From: Neophaeotheca triangularis
Lineage: Eukaryota
Length of the DNA: 64,000 nucleotides
Direction: 5' to 3'
Assembly (NCBI GenBank): GCA_054600435.1
Contig: BAAIJX010000036.1
Span: 124,001 to 188,000, forward strand
The notes beneath the pieces are model-generated. The model did not search any database. It saw only the letters and a program-made list of their open reading frames with translations, and was not told the DNA's origin. The position numbers and the translations under genes are program-made. Positions 24,109-34,867 of this stretch are shown one piece after another (the stretch's first letter is position 1; each line of letters opens with the position of its first letter).

Positions 24109-26211
24109 ATGGCTACTGCTATGACCGTACCGCCACTGGCACCTAGACCTTCACCAAGACCTATCGCCGCCTGGGAACCTCCTAAGCACGTGATGCAGCA
24201 CAGCAAAGAAACCCGACCGGCCTTGAAGCAACTCCAAAGCACCACGCCTGGAGCTACCGCCAGAGGTCGTCGGGAGAGACCGTGCGATGGTTGCCGAAAG
24301 CGGAAAAGCAAGTGTGTCCTCCAGGACTCTGGCCGTTGCGTACTCTGCGAATTCCACAAGCAAGACTGCACTTTTGTTGAGAACGCTCAGCCCAGGAAAC
24401 GGAAGCTCGACGACAACTCGAAACCGGGCAGTCCACCAAAGCGAAGTCCAGCCGTCAGCCAATCTTCGGCGCCGAATACGATTCCGACATCTCAGCCAGG
24501 CCCGCAGCAGGCTCCACCGGAACAACCTGCGATTCCTCTCGCCCCCGCTAAAGTCTTATCCGTGGTCGACGAGAGCTTGAGCTTGCAGCGCCATCGACAT
24601 TGCAGATATCTCGGTCAGACAACTGCTTTGGACGCCAATCTACTCGGACTTGGCGACTTGAACGACAAGAACGAAACTGCGAGCCAAGTTGGAACGTTAC
24701 GGCAGGTCAACGATCTGGAGTACTTCAGCACCCATGACGACGCCGATGTGCCCATTCCGGACGATGAGGCGAGAGCCCTAGCAGACATTGAGCAAACCGT
24801 CGGTCCCTACGGTCCTGCTCTCATCGAAATCTACTTTCAAAACGTTCATCCAAGCTTTCCAGTCATCCAGAAGCGTGCTTTTCTCGATCGGCATAACCAT
24901 GGCGATAAGCAATTCAACCCACCTTTACTGGCCGCCATGTACCTCCTTGCTCTTACCTGGTGGTCGCACGATCCCGAGCTAGCACCACAGCCAAAGCCGG
25001 ACATGGGCAGGCTTGAGTACATTGCCATTTCCAGCTTGACTGTTGCAATGCAACGACCAAAAATGTCTGCGGTACAAGCAGGCTTGCTACTTCTTCAACG
25101 AGCCAAGTCAAGCACATGGACTCTTACCGTTCAACTAGTCGCTCTAGGTCAAGACATCGGCCTCCACCTCGACTGTTCAGCTTGGTCTATCCCGCTCTGG
25201 GAGCGACGCCTCCGCAAACGCCTCGCTTGGGCGCTCTTTATGCAGGACAAATGGAGCGCTCTCATGTACGGTCGACCCAGCCACATCAACGCCGCCGATT
25301 GGGACGTCCCCATGCCTACACTTGAAGACTACGACGATAGCTTCTCGTCTCACCCCGGAACCGCCGAGGACGAAGACGAGCGTGCAGCTAAAGGCCGCTC
25401 CATCTTCAACCAGATGATCATACTGACCAACATCATGGCCGAAGTCAGCGAAGTCTTTTACAGCCAAACCGCCAAAGCCGAATTCGCCCGAGCCGGCCGC
25501 TTCGCTACACAGCTTGTTCTCAGCCGCGCAAAAGGCGTGCAAATAAAGCTCAAAGACTGGTTCGCCAGCTTGCCGCCAGAATGCAAAATGGACGCTTACG
25601 GTACCGGCCAGCTGTCTTCAACCGGTTACCTGCATCTGGGCTATTTCGCCACGGAGATCAGCATCCACAGACGCATAGTGCAGAGTCTCGACCCCGCTAC
25701 TAACGACCCATACATGTTGTACATTTGCCGGTCAGCTGCGAAGACAAGGCTGATAAGTGCCATGGACTTTGTCAACCGGCTGAAACCTGAGCATCTCGAT
25801 GCCTTTTGGTACTTTCCCTCAGCCACCAACTTCGCCCTAATCGGCACTTTCGGCGCTCTCCTCCAAGCGACCTCGCCTGGGATGGAAGAGGCGGCGTTTT
25901 ATGGTGCCAGGTTGGCTGAGTTCCAGTGGACGCTAGGGGTGAGCGCGGAAAAGGCGGTCTGGATCGAAAAGGCAGCGTGTCTCTTGCAAGCCAACACAGA
26001 GATGTTGAAGAATCTGCCGGAGAAGCCTGTCACTACTGGGTCCCCGCCGAGGCCGATCGCCGCTGCTCCCGCTGCAAGTGGCGGGTGGAAGAATATGAGG
26101 CCAGAGGATGGATTGGGGGACAGCGATTACGATGATGATGAGGAGGACGAGGATGATTCTATGGATTTGGATGGTGAGGATTGGGATGCTGCTGGATCGA
26201 GACAATTTTAG
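24109..26211 (+). CDS. tamA: Zn(II)2Cys6 transcription factor, TamA/Dal81-like nitrogen co-activator
   Basis: RERPCDGCRKRKSKC...CVLCEFHKQDCTF cluster, Fungal_trans domain, and Dal81/TamA-type segments RLRKRLAWALFMQDKW, TGYLHLGYFATEISIHRRI and RSAAKTRLISAMDFVNRLKPEHL. Confidence 0.85.
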   Translation: MATAMTVPPLAPRPSPRPIAAWEPPKHVMQHSKETRPALKQLQSTTPGATARGRRERPCDGCRKRKSKCVLQDSGRCVLCEFHKQDCTFVENAQPRKRKLDDNSKPGSPPKRSPAVSQSSAPNTIPTSQPGPQQAPPEQPAIPLAPAKVLSVVDESLSLQRHRHCRYLGQTTALDANLLGLGDLNDKNETASQVGTLRQVNDLEYFSTHDDADVPIPDDEARALADIEQTVGPYGPALIEIYFQNVHPSFPVIQKRAFLDRHNHGDKQFNPPLLAAMYLLALTWWSHDPELAPQPKPDMGRLEYIAISSLTVAMQRPKMSAVQAGLLLLQRAKSSTWTLTVQLVALGQDIGLHLDCSAWSIPLWERRLRKRLAWALFMQDKWSALMYGRPSHINAADWDVPMPTLEDYDDSFSSHPGTAEDEDERAAKGRSIFNQMIILTNIMAEVSEVFYSQTAKAEFARAGRFATQLVLSRAKGVQIKLKDWFASLPPECKMDAYGTGQLSSTGYLHLGYFATEISIHRRIVQSLDPATNDPYMLYICRSAAKTRLISAMDFVNRLKPEHLDAFWYFPSATNFALIGTFGALLQATSPGMEEAAFYGARLAEFQWTLGVSAEKAVWIEKAACLLQANTEMLKNLPEKPVTTGSPPRPIAAAPAASGGWKNMRPEDGLGDSDYDDDEEDEDDSMDLDGEDWDAAGSRQF

Positions 26212-26617
26212 ATGATAGATTTTTTCACGTCCTGACGAATTTAATGCCCCCCTTGTTGAAGTCTTATGCCATTGCTACCGGCTCTAAGCCGCCTTCATTT
26301 CCCCTGACTTTCACGTGCTGGCCAAAGTTGTGACGCAAAACCCCCACCGTCAGGTTGCGTGAATGTGGAGCCCCACCGACGTCAATCGTCAGCAGAAGTC
26401 CCACGTCCAGGCATCTGCAAGGTCCAGACTTGCACGCGGTGAAGGAAAGCAAGGCAATTAGGCACCAACAAACAAGAAAGCGTTACTCTTAAAAGAGGCC
26501 AAAACACCCAAATCTTCCCAACCTCAGCCAACTCTTCTATCCAACAAGCACAAAAGCCACCACACCTACCAATCCAACCTCACTCACCCACCCGTACTCA
26601 CTCAAACACCCACCACC

Positions 26618-27640
26618 ATGTCATCCAACGACTACTACAACTCTCAACCCGGCTACGGCGGCGGCTCCGACTCCTACGGCAGCAGCAACCAAGCCTCCGG
26701 CTACGGCGGCGGCGGCGGCGGCGGCTACTCCAACACGCAAAGCTACGGCCACCAATCCGACCACCAACGCCCGCAAGGCCCCTACTCGCAAGGCCAACAG
26801 TACGGCAGCGGCCACGGCGCCTCGACGGGCACAAGCTACGGCGGCGGCTACCCGTCGGCCGACGACGACGACGACCTCTCGAGCGCGGCCTCGCACGCGC
26901 AAGCCGACGCCGGCGACTCCGGCGACAGCTCCATCTTCTCCTCGGTGCTGGGCATGTTCGGCAAGGACAAGAAGGCGCAGTTGCAGCGCGAGGACGTCGA
27001 CGAGGAGGACGCGGTCAAGCAGCACGAAGCTTACTATGGTTCCGGGGGCGGCGACGGGGGGAAAGCCACGGGTGGGGGTATCGGGGCCGCGGCTGCGACG
27101 CATGCGATGAAGATGTTCAATCAGGGCGAGGGGGACGCCAAGGCTGGTGGGGGGCAGAGCAAGTTTATTGGCCTGGCTATGGGCGAGGCTGCGAAGCTTT
27201 TTGAGCAGCAGAATGCTAAAGGCAATGTTGAGAGTGGCACGAGTAAGAATACCGTTGTGCAGAAGGCGGCCGAGTATGCTTTCAAGTACTGGATGAAGAG
27301 TCAGATGGGTAGTGCTGGTGGGGCGATGGGGGGTTTGATGGGTATGATGGGTGGGGGTTCGAGTGGCGGTGGCAGTGGTGGCAGTGGCAGTGGTGGTATC
27401 GGTGGGCTGATGAACATGGTTTCTGGTGGGGGCAGCAACAATAGCGGTGGGAACAATAACAACAGCGGTGGCAGCAATGAGAGTAGTGGTGGCTTTGGTG
27501 GGCTGATGAATATGGTCTCCGGTGGGGGCGGTAACAACAATGCCGGAAACAACAACAACAATAACAACGGCGGCAACAATGAGAACAGTGGTGGCATCGG
27601 CGGACTGATGAACATGGCCAGCAAGTTCACTGGGAAGTAG
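26618..27640 (+). CDS. Gly/Ser/Asn-rich conserved fungal protein (resembles the 'beta-flanking protein' family)
   Basis: Core EEDAVKQHEAYYG...IGAAAATHAMKMF...FIGLAMGEAAKLFEQQ...GGLMNMASKF between low-complexity termini. Confidence 0.8.
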   Translation: MSSNDYYNSQPGYGGGSDSYGSSNQASGYGGGGGGGYSNTQSYGHQSDHQRPQGPYSQGQQYGSGHGASTGTSYGGGYPSADDDDDLSSAASHAQADAGDSGDSSIFSSVLGMFGKDKKAQLQREDVDEEDAVKQHEAYYGSGGGDGGKATGGGIGAAAATHAMKMFNQGEGDAKAGGGQSKFIGLAMGEAAKLFEQQNAKGNVESGTSKNTVVQKAAEYAFKYWMKSQMGSAGGAMGGLMGMMGGGSSGGGSGGSGSGGIGGLMNMVSGGGSNNSGGNNNNSGGSNESSGGFGGLMNMVSGGGGNNNAGNNNNNNNGGNNENSGGIGGLMNMASKFTGK

Positions 27641-28676
27641 GTGTTGGCTGGCGTAAGAAGAAGGATGGCTACGATTGACGATTGACGATGCATATCTATG
27701 GAGTTTCCCTTGAGATGAGTGCGTGCTCGGGAAGTGAAGCATACTTGCTAAGGTATCTAGCTATAGTACGAGACTCGATTGTGCTGCGGGGCCAACTTCC
27801 AATCTCTCGAGATTTTTGGCTTGTTTCTATTCTTTCCGTATCCATAGCGACAGGACCAGCTTGACTGAGGCTTGTCTCGATAATAGCTTGAACATGGGAA
27901 GAACGAAGCACACATCATGCGTGCCTCGCATAGGACGCTGCGTAAGCTATTTGCATGTGGTGCTGCTTGGCTGTCGTCCATTGCCCTTAGTAGCAAATCG
28001 AACGACGAGACGAGAAATGAAGCGAAGCCGCTCATACTCATACGTGAAAGCCGTGTCACGTCCGCCTGTTGTCCCCTTTGCCCAGTCTACATCTCACCCC
28101 TCGTCCACACTACCAGCACAGCACGGTGGCAAAGCCTCACCACAAACACCTCACAGCTCCGCCGGCGAACCACCGCACAAGCAGCAAACGAGCCTGCCAA
28201 ACGAAGAAGCGTGCGTATGTATCACCCCACTTGGAGGAACTCACAATCTGCTCTCAGACAGCGCCGACGGCTCAACCCCCGGCATCGTTGCTTCCAAGCC
28301 CTTCAAGATCCCTCGTCGGACCTGGTGGAAACGGCCATCACACTTCCTGCAGCGCCCTGTCGTCGCGCACCACTCCAAGCCCCCACTCGACGCTCTCATC
28401 GATAGCCGCACGTCCGAAGCTCGCGAGGGTCGCGCTGCTATTAGGGAGGATAGATACGGACGGGGGCGTTGGCATGCGGCTCGCGACTGGCTGAAGAGTG
28501 GTTTCCAAACCCAGATAGGTCACGTGAGCAGCACGTGTGTCGTCAGAAAGAGGGCTCGCACGACATGTATCGCCGGCACACTTATTGCGTCGTGACAATG
28601 CTCGTTCATACGGCCTTTAACGCTACCATGGTACTTTGAAAGCACGGTGTCCATCCATAGAAGCAATCTCGCTCCG

Positions 28677-29282
28677 CTACTCGCAAGTAGACAGCATCTT
28701 CCTAATCACACCCACAAGCGTGCCGTTCTCCATGGCAGCAGCGACTCGCTCCTTGTCCCCCAATTGCTTGTTGACCGCCTCATCCGTACTATGGGTGCCC
28801 TTCTTGATGCGCACATCCACTCTAAACCTCGGAGGCAGCGCCTGCTCCAAGCGCACGCGTACACCCAGCCCAATCACCGTCGCAAGCGAACAATGCGTGA
28901 TGGTAGGCGTGATTAAGACTTGCACAGTGCTTATGCGCGAGTTGGGGGTGGAAGGGGGCAAGATGTGGATATCGGGCAGGTTGACGACGGCCAGCGAGCC
29001 CAGGGAAAGCGGGTGTTCGGGGTCGGAGATGGTGGAGATGAGGTCGTAGACTTCTTGCTCGTCAATCTCTTCCCTGCGATCGTCTTCTTCGTCGTCGCTC
29101 AGTGTGCTGGCAGAAGAGGCTTCGGGCGACGAGAGCTCCTCGAAGCCATAGTTGGGGTACGCTGGCGCCAAGGTGTCGAAGATTCCTGCTTTCTTCGCCG
29201 CTGGCTCTGCCTCGCGGCGTCGCGACGGCAGGTCGGAGGCGTTGAGGATGGTGGGGTTCGCATTGTCTGGTGTGGCCTCCAT
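28677..29282 (-). CDS. CIA2: Cytosolic iron-sulfur assembly component (MIP18/FAM96B family)
   Basis: DNANP, YDLISTISDPEHPLSL, TPTITHCSLATVIGL and VNKQLGDKERVAAA. Confidence 0.93.
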   Translation of the reverse strand: MEATPDNANPTILNASDLPSRRREAEPAAKKAGIFDTLAPAYPNYGFEELSSPEASSASTLSDDEEDDRREEIDEQEVYDLISTISDPEHPLSLGSLAVVNLPDIHILPPSTPNSRISTVQVLITPTITHCSLATVIGLGVRVRLEQALPPRFRVDVRIKKGTHSTDEAVNKQLGDKERVAAAMENGTLVGVIRKMLSTCE

Positions 29283-30882
29283 GATGCGTTTGGTTCAATA
29301 GCTAGAGTGTGAGGGTGGCAAAGGCTGATGTCTCAGTTGCGGGGCGGGTGAAGGCGGTGGTGGTGTTGGTGGTGGTTGTAGATTATTGTTGTCGATGGTC
29401 GGTCGCCTGACGAGGAGGCTCTCACGGGAATTTCTGAGGGGTTCCACTGCCACGGGTCGGTAGGATGAATACCTTATTACCTCATTGGACAAAGCTGGAT
29501 GCAAGCTCAATACGCCATTATTGACCCGGCGTGACCCAACCCAGTACGAGAGGTCGCGCGGGGCGGAGGCGTTACTGCCATTGATTATTATATTGTAACA
29601 TTACTCTTAACCTGCCTTAACCCCCACAAGTTCTGGCGGGGTCCAAAAGGCCTGGCCTCGAAGGCGAGAGCAAAGCTGGAAGTGTATAATTAACTAGGTA
29701 CTGTTAGGTATACGGTGTGTACATGTGGATTAATAAAGAAGGCGGGTGTTGTTTCAGCCGCGGTCCGTGAAATGATTAATCAATTCAAGCATAACTAAAA
29801 GTTTTGCATGGCTTCTAGGTTCCTTTTTAATCAATGTACAATGATCACAACGAGCACGTGAATGAACAAGTCAATAAGGGCCCCCCTTTTCCATGTGACA
29901 GAGCATTCACAAAAAATGCCTACAGTACTACCTACCTTTAGGTACCTTTTACTTCGAAGGTCTCCCTGCTGTATCAAGGTAGTAGTACCTAGTATTAAGA
30001 ATAATAAGAGGTCTTGCTCTCTCCTGTCGTCCGATCGGAGACAGCCGTGAACGTGCGTGTCAATTCATGAGGTAGTCAAGGTAGTTAACTAGTTACTACT
30101 ACTACTAGTCGTGTCACTCACTACTCGTAAGTTGTGTGCCCTCGCCGCTCCACCGTCTAGGACATCGGTAACAATTACTACTACCGTGCAATAATAATAT
30201 ACTAGCAGTCTACAGTCTACCTACAATAATAATAATAATGTTACTGTTGTTGGTCCTAATAGTGGTGCCCGGCAGAACTGAGAGTGTCACTGCTTCTGAT
30301 CGACGCGATCCCCACCAGCGAGCTGTGCCAATCACCCCAGTTATAACTAGTAGTACTACCTTAGTACTAAGTACATGTCTACTACTACACAACGGCTTTG
30401 GCTTTGGCTTTGGCTTTACCTTTGACCTGCTTTGGCCTGCTTTGGCTTGCGCTGGCTTGCTTTCTTCCAACCAAACTCCCTCGCCTCCCTCCGCCCGCCC
30501 GTCGCTTCAACTTTCCTCCACCGCAGCCTACAGCACAGCCTAACGTTATATCTATAAGGTGGTAGTAGTAGTAGCAACTCGCAAGGTAGCCAGCCCTACA
30601 AGTACCGCTCCAACCAAGGCATGACACTCGACTCGCGCCGCCGATAGCCACTCCAAACCGGGCCTATCGCAGCCTCCAGGGCTACCACCCAGCATTCTGC
30701 CCTGTCTCTCTAGTCCGCGGAACTCCCCGAAGAGCAAATGTGGCCAGCGATACAGCTCATAAAATCACTCCAACTATCATCATCTGGAACGACGTTTGTT
30801 GCCCGGGACCTCGCTCAAAACCCTCCTCTTTTCGTCCCTTCCTCCGCCAAGGGCTAGCTCATTATCGTTATTGTCAGACGTC

Positions 30883-33654
30883 ATGGATCCTACCACGGCG
30901 CCGGCCCCGGCTGCCCACGCCAAGCAAATGCAGTACGTCTTTGTGGATGAGTACAACCGACACAAACGACTCAAGGTGATGCGCGCCTGCGACGGATGTC
31001 GGAAGCGCAAAATACGCTGTGACGGCGCCTTGCAGAATGGACCGTGGCCTTGCGGTGCCTGTGTGCGCCTGAAGTTGAAATGCGTGCCCCCTACCTTGGA
31101 CCAGGACGAAGATCCGCAAGCAGTCAATGCCCCGCAGGACGGGCAGTTTACCTTTCAAAATACCTTCAGTACGGTGCCTCCTGGCCAAAACACGAGAACC
31201 ACGAGGCCCCAAGTCGAAACTCAGCCGATGAACCATACGTGGTCCATCTCATCAAGCCAACATGGATCGGACGGTGCAATGCTGCCGCAGCATCAGCAGT
31301 CCGACGTTGGAAATTACCATCAGCAAGCTTATACCCAAGCCGGTGCCCCCAGCAACATGGATAGCTATCTCGGCTCTGCAGTCAGTCCGGCCACGTTTGA
31401 GCAGTCTCAACGACCGCACACGTTTGCGCGAAGCGATACACAAGTCTCTAGCTCTTCTAGTGGAGATGCACAGGAGGTCGACGCTACAGTGCAGAGCCTC
31501 AGCGAAGTCATGGGTGACCTTAAGATTGGCCACACCGCTGTTGCTCCGTACATAGCTAACCACAGGAAGAACTCCGTTCCTACCCCGGTAGTAGCCGAGG
31601 CCGAAATCGCCTTGCCACCTTCGGTCTACACCGATTCAACAATCAGGATACCGCCGGAGATGATGCCCTCGGAAGAAAAGGCTCTGGAGTACTTTCATTA
31701 CTTCTTCGAGTTTGTACACCCTTACATGCCAGTCCTCAGCCGGGCGGATTTTTTCCATCAATGGCAGTTCAACCGGAGCAATATACCACCGTTGCTCCTC
31801 GAAGCAGTGTTCGCATGTACTTCCCGTTACGTCGACGATTCATACACCACGCGGAGATGGCTTGCTCTTGCTGCAAAGCACGAAGAGAGCTTCAAAGACG
31901 TGCCTCGGATCAGCACCATCCAGGCCATGATTTTACTCATCAAAGCTAGAGAATTCGCACCTGTGCAAGGCTATTTCTACCGATCCTGGATGGCTGTCAA
32001 GTACATGGTGACAATGGCTTTTGATCTTGGGTTGAACGAGCATCACGATGAGCATACCGGAGACCAAGGGCACTGTGCTCTTACTCAAGCCGACTGCATG
32101 GCCCGCATAAAGGTCTGGCAAAACCTCTTCGCCCTCGAAATTTTGGTGGGCGCACCGCAAGGGAGGAATGACTTTGCAATCGAGCTTGAAACGGTCGATT
32201 TCAGAATTCCCTCGCCTTCTCCTAGCTTCGACCAATTTGACTACAAGGCCGGAAGGAAATATGCGTACTTTATTCAGGCTGTAAGGAACATCGGGAAGAC
32301 GAACAATCTCTGGCACAAAATGCGTCGCAAACAGCATGACTGGGCCCTGGACCCAAGATTTGTACAGCACAACGATGATCTCCAGGTTTGGCTACGCGAG
32401 CTGCCCCCTGACTTGCAGCTCCACTTTCCCGAAGATGAGAGCGCGCCTTATCTTGGTGGTGACCACTTTGTTGCGTTCCTGCACGAATACCATCATCTGG
32501 TGGTCATCATGCATCACCGACCGCAGCTGCAGGCTTTGTTGGAAAGAAAGGATCCGGCATTCAAACATCACCTTCAAATGTGCACCGAGTTTGCATCACT
32601 CATGTGCCGCGTTCAGGAGGCGTTGGTACGAGATTTTGGTTTGCATGGCTTACTTTTCATGCAGAGGGGAATCAACTTCACCATCTACTGTGTGCTGACT
32701 TGCACCATGCTGCATCTGGTGAGTGACAGCTTTGAAACTCGGAGTTGCATTTTTGCTAACCCCCTCCAGGCGGCCATCACCTCGCCCGACCCTTCAATGA
32801 ACGGCCGAGCGCGCATGTACTTCAGCCGTCATATGCGCATTCTAGAACACTGCCTTGTTCTGGCAAGTCCAGAAATGCAGGTGCAGATCGAGGCATTGCG
32901 GGAGGCGTTCAGTGTCGATACCAGCAAGCCATTCCAACTTAAGCCAACTCTTGGCCTGCGGAGCCCGGCACTGGAGAAAAACGCAACACCACCAAGCGCA
33001 GGAATGCAGCCTAACCCCAGTATCTCAGCACCGCTCCAGACTCAACCTCAATGGGCTCATCTGCAGCAGGGAGCAACCTCCTCAAGGACTCTTAGCCCCG
33101 CTTCAGAGTACACCCAAGCGTATGAGAACATGCCAAGTCAAGCGCCTCTGCAACATGACAACTCCACATTCAGCGTGCCGCCAAATACCACTTACCCAAC
33201 GCAGAACATCCAACAAATCTCCTCCTCGCAGCCTTACCCTATGCAGCCAGCTCTGAGCCCCGAGCAACAACAGCAGCAAACCCCCGTCTGGGACCCGTCG
33301 AGCATCTTCAACTCCTGGAACACAGCTTTCGGCGGCACCTCTCAACTTCCGCAAACTCAAACGGGCCTTCAAGACGGCCAAATGCCCCCCAATCCAGCTC
33401 CCGTGATCCCGCAAACCCAGTCCCCTCCTAGTGCAGCCCGTATGCCAGGAACACAACACCAATCCATACCCGCAAGCGGCTCGTCGAGAGCCGTAATGCC
33501 GAATGCGAACCCCATGCCGCTCGTGACGCCGGTTATGTGGCAGGATGCTTTTACTAATGCGTATGTGTCTGGTCATGGGCAGAAGAGATTTAGAGAAGAG
33601 GATTTGGGTGTTGGCTTTCCGGGGGACTCTTATGGGTCTAAGAGGAGGGGATGA
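30883..33654 (+). CDS. Zn(II)2Cys6 transcription factor with Fungal_trans domain
   Basis: FVDEYNRHKRLKVMRACDGCRKRKIRC...CGACVRLKLKC, YFFEFVHPYMPVL and a Q/P-rich C-terminus. Intron 32719-32769. ATG at 30883. Confidence 0.9.
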   Translation: MDPTTAPAPAAHAKQMQYVFVDEYNRHKRLKVMRACDGCRKRKIRCDGALQNGPWPCGACVRLKLKCVPPTLDQDEDPQAVNAPQDGQFTFQNTFSTVPPGQNTRTTRPQVETQPMNHTWSISSSQHGSDGAMLPQHQQSDVGNYHQQAYTQAGAPSNMDSYLGSAVSPATFEQSQRPHTFARSDTQVSSSSSGDAQEVDATVQSLSEVMGDLKIGHTAVAPYIANHRKNSVPTPVVAEAEIALPPSVYTDSTIRIPPEMMPSEEKALEYFHYFFEFVHPYMPVLSRADFFHQWQFNRSNIPPLLLEAVFACTSRYVDDSYTTRRWLALAAKHEESFKDVPRISTIQAMILLIKAREFAPVQGYFYRSWMAVKYMVTMAFDLGLNEHHDEHTGDQGHCALTQADCMARIKVWQNLFALEILVGAPQGRNDFAIELETVDFRIPSPSPSFDQFDYKAGRKYAYFIQAVRNIGKTNNLWHKMRRKQHDWALDPRFVQHNDDLQVWLRELPPDLQLHFPEDESAPYLGGDHFVAFLHEYHHLVVIMHHRPQLQALLERKDPAFKHHLQMCTEFASLMCRVQEALVRDFGLHGLLFMQRGINFTIYCVLTCTMLHLVSDSFETRSCIFANPLQAAITSPDPSMNGRARMYFSRHMRILEHCLVLASPEMQVQIEALREAFSVDTSKPFQLKPTLGLRSPALEKNATPPSAGMQPNPSISAPLQTQPQWAHLQQGATSSRTLSPASEYTQAYENMPSQAPLQHDNSTFSVPPNTTYPTQNIQQISSSQPYPMQPALSPEQQQQQTPVWDPSSIFNSWNTAFGGTSQLPQTQTGLQDGQMPPNPAPVIPQTQSPPSAARMPGTQHQSIPASGSSRAVMPNANPMPLVTPVMWQDAFTNAYVSGHGQKRFREEDLGVGFPGDSYGSKRRG

Positions 33655-34867
33655 AAGCGTTGAGATGAAATGATGATGACGCAATTCAGTGCTTTTGGGG
33701 GGTGGTTCTACGTGAACCGAACGAGTATGAGCGGCTCTCAGTTGATCTGGACACTGTGCTTCGTCATCGACGCGGTCGCTCAAAAGCTTTGGGATGCCAT
33801 CCTCCACTGCGGCAGGCTTCCAAAGCCGTCGAACTTCGGCAAAGCGATCCATGATACTCTACGCAAACCATTACGGAAATGCTGCAAGTGTGTGGGCATT
33901 CAGCCTTCCGGGTCTAGACAAGAACTTTGGAAAACAGGAGTGTCCTCCGAGCAGCACAATCCTCCTCGAGGCAGCCCCCTAGAACAAATGGACGTCCACT
34001 CTCTTTTGACTCGACGAAATTCAGCTTGGTTGCTCTGTGCTTACCCGAGCAACAACTGGTTGTCGGCTTCCAACGAAATGCGTGATCTTGGCTGGGCAAC
34101 CCCTCCAAAAACTACAAGAATACACGGCGTTTGAAGATTGACATGATGCAGCAATCACCTGCCATATCAGACAGCCGAGATCGGCGTCACCAGGTACGCC
34201 AAGGCGCCACACTACCCGCCGAGGGGAAGCTTACAGAGCTTGTCGGACTCATGCCCTCTGAATACCAAGCTTGTCTCAACAACAACGACTAGATTCTTCG
34301 CTTTGATAGCAGGACGTGTCGTATGGAGTGCTGGACTGTGTGCCTAGCTTAACAGCGGACGATTTGGCCCTGCTACCGGGCCCAGACTGGATGATACTGT
34401 TCAAGCCGGATACGGCAACTTCTGACGCTTTTCCGGATCATTTCCGTTTTTCTGATCGACCAGCACACTTCCACATTCAGCTATCTGTATGCATTGGAGG
34501 AGTGGACCAAGTGGGGTTTTTCGAGGGCACGCGGGGTGGCGGCAATAGCACCCCGCAGAAACTCCATGGTTATGAGGGTGTATGTGGAGAGGACGATGCT
34601 CAAGACGGCAACTCTGACCTAGGATCTCTGTATGCAGTCGCATGATACGGTGAATGTCTTACGAAGACGGAGATTCTCGCGGTAGGAATTCTCCAAGGGT
34701 ATAAAGCGTTACGTCAATCTCTTCCTTCTACTATTCCTTTCCCCCAGTCTCTTATCGAATTCACTCGTGAACTTTCCTGCCATTTAACTTGATCACCCCC
34801 GAGCAGCGAAAGTCTTCACCCAACCCTACCCACCTCACTTTACTCCAAACCCATCCAATCCACCAGC

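Noticed and set aside
27816..28595. 259-aa ORF between the Gly-rich gene and CIA2
   Set aside because: It has no recognisable domain or codon bias and several overlapping frames are equally open. An orphan gene cannot be excluded.
30796..30882. N-terminal extensions in the ORF track from TTG/GTG or upstream starts (also 12669-12788, 40006-40296 and 58799-58927)
   Set aside because: This is a eukaryotic locus. Downstream ATGs coincide with the start of conserved sequence, so the extensions are probably 5' UTR.
33660..33760. ATGATGA box C-like motif suggesting a C/D snoRNA
   Set aside because: No suitably placed CTGA box D or terminal stem. It lies in the immediate 3' UTR.
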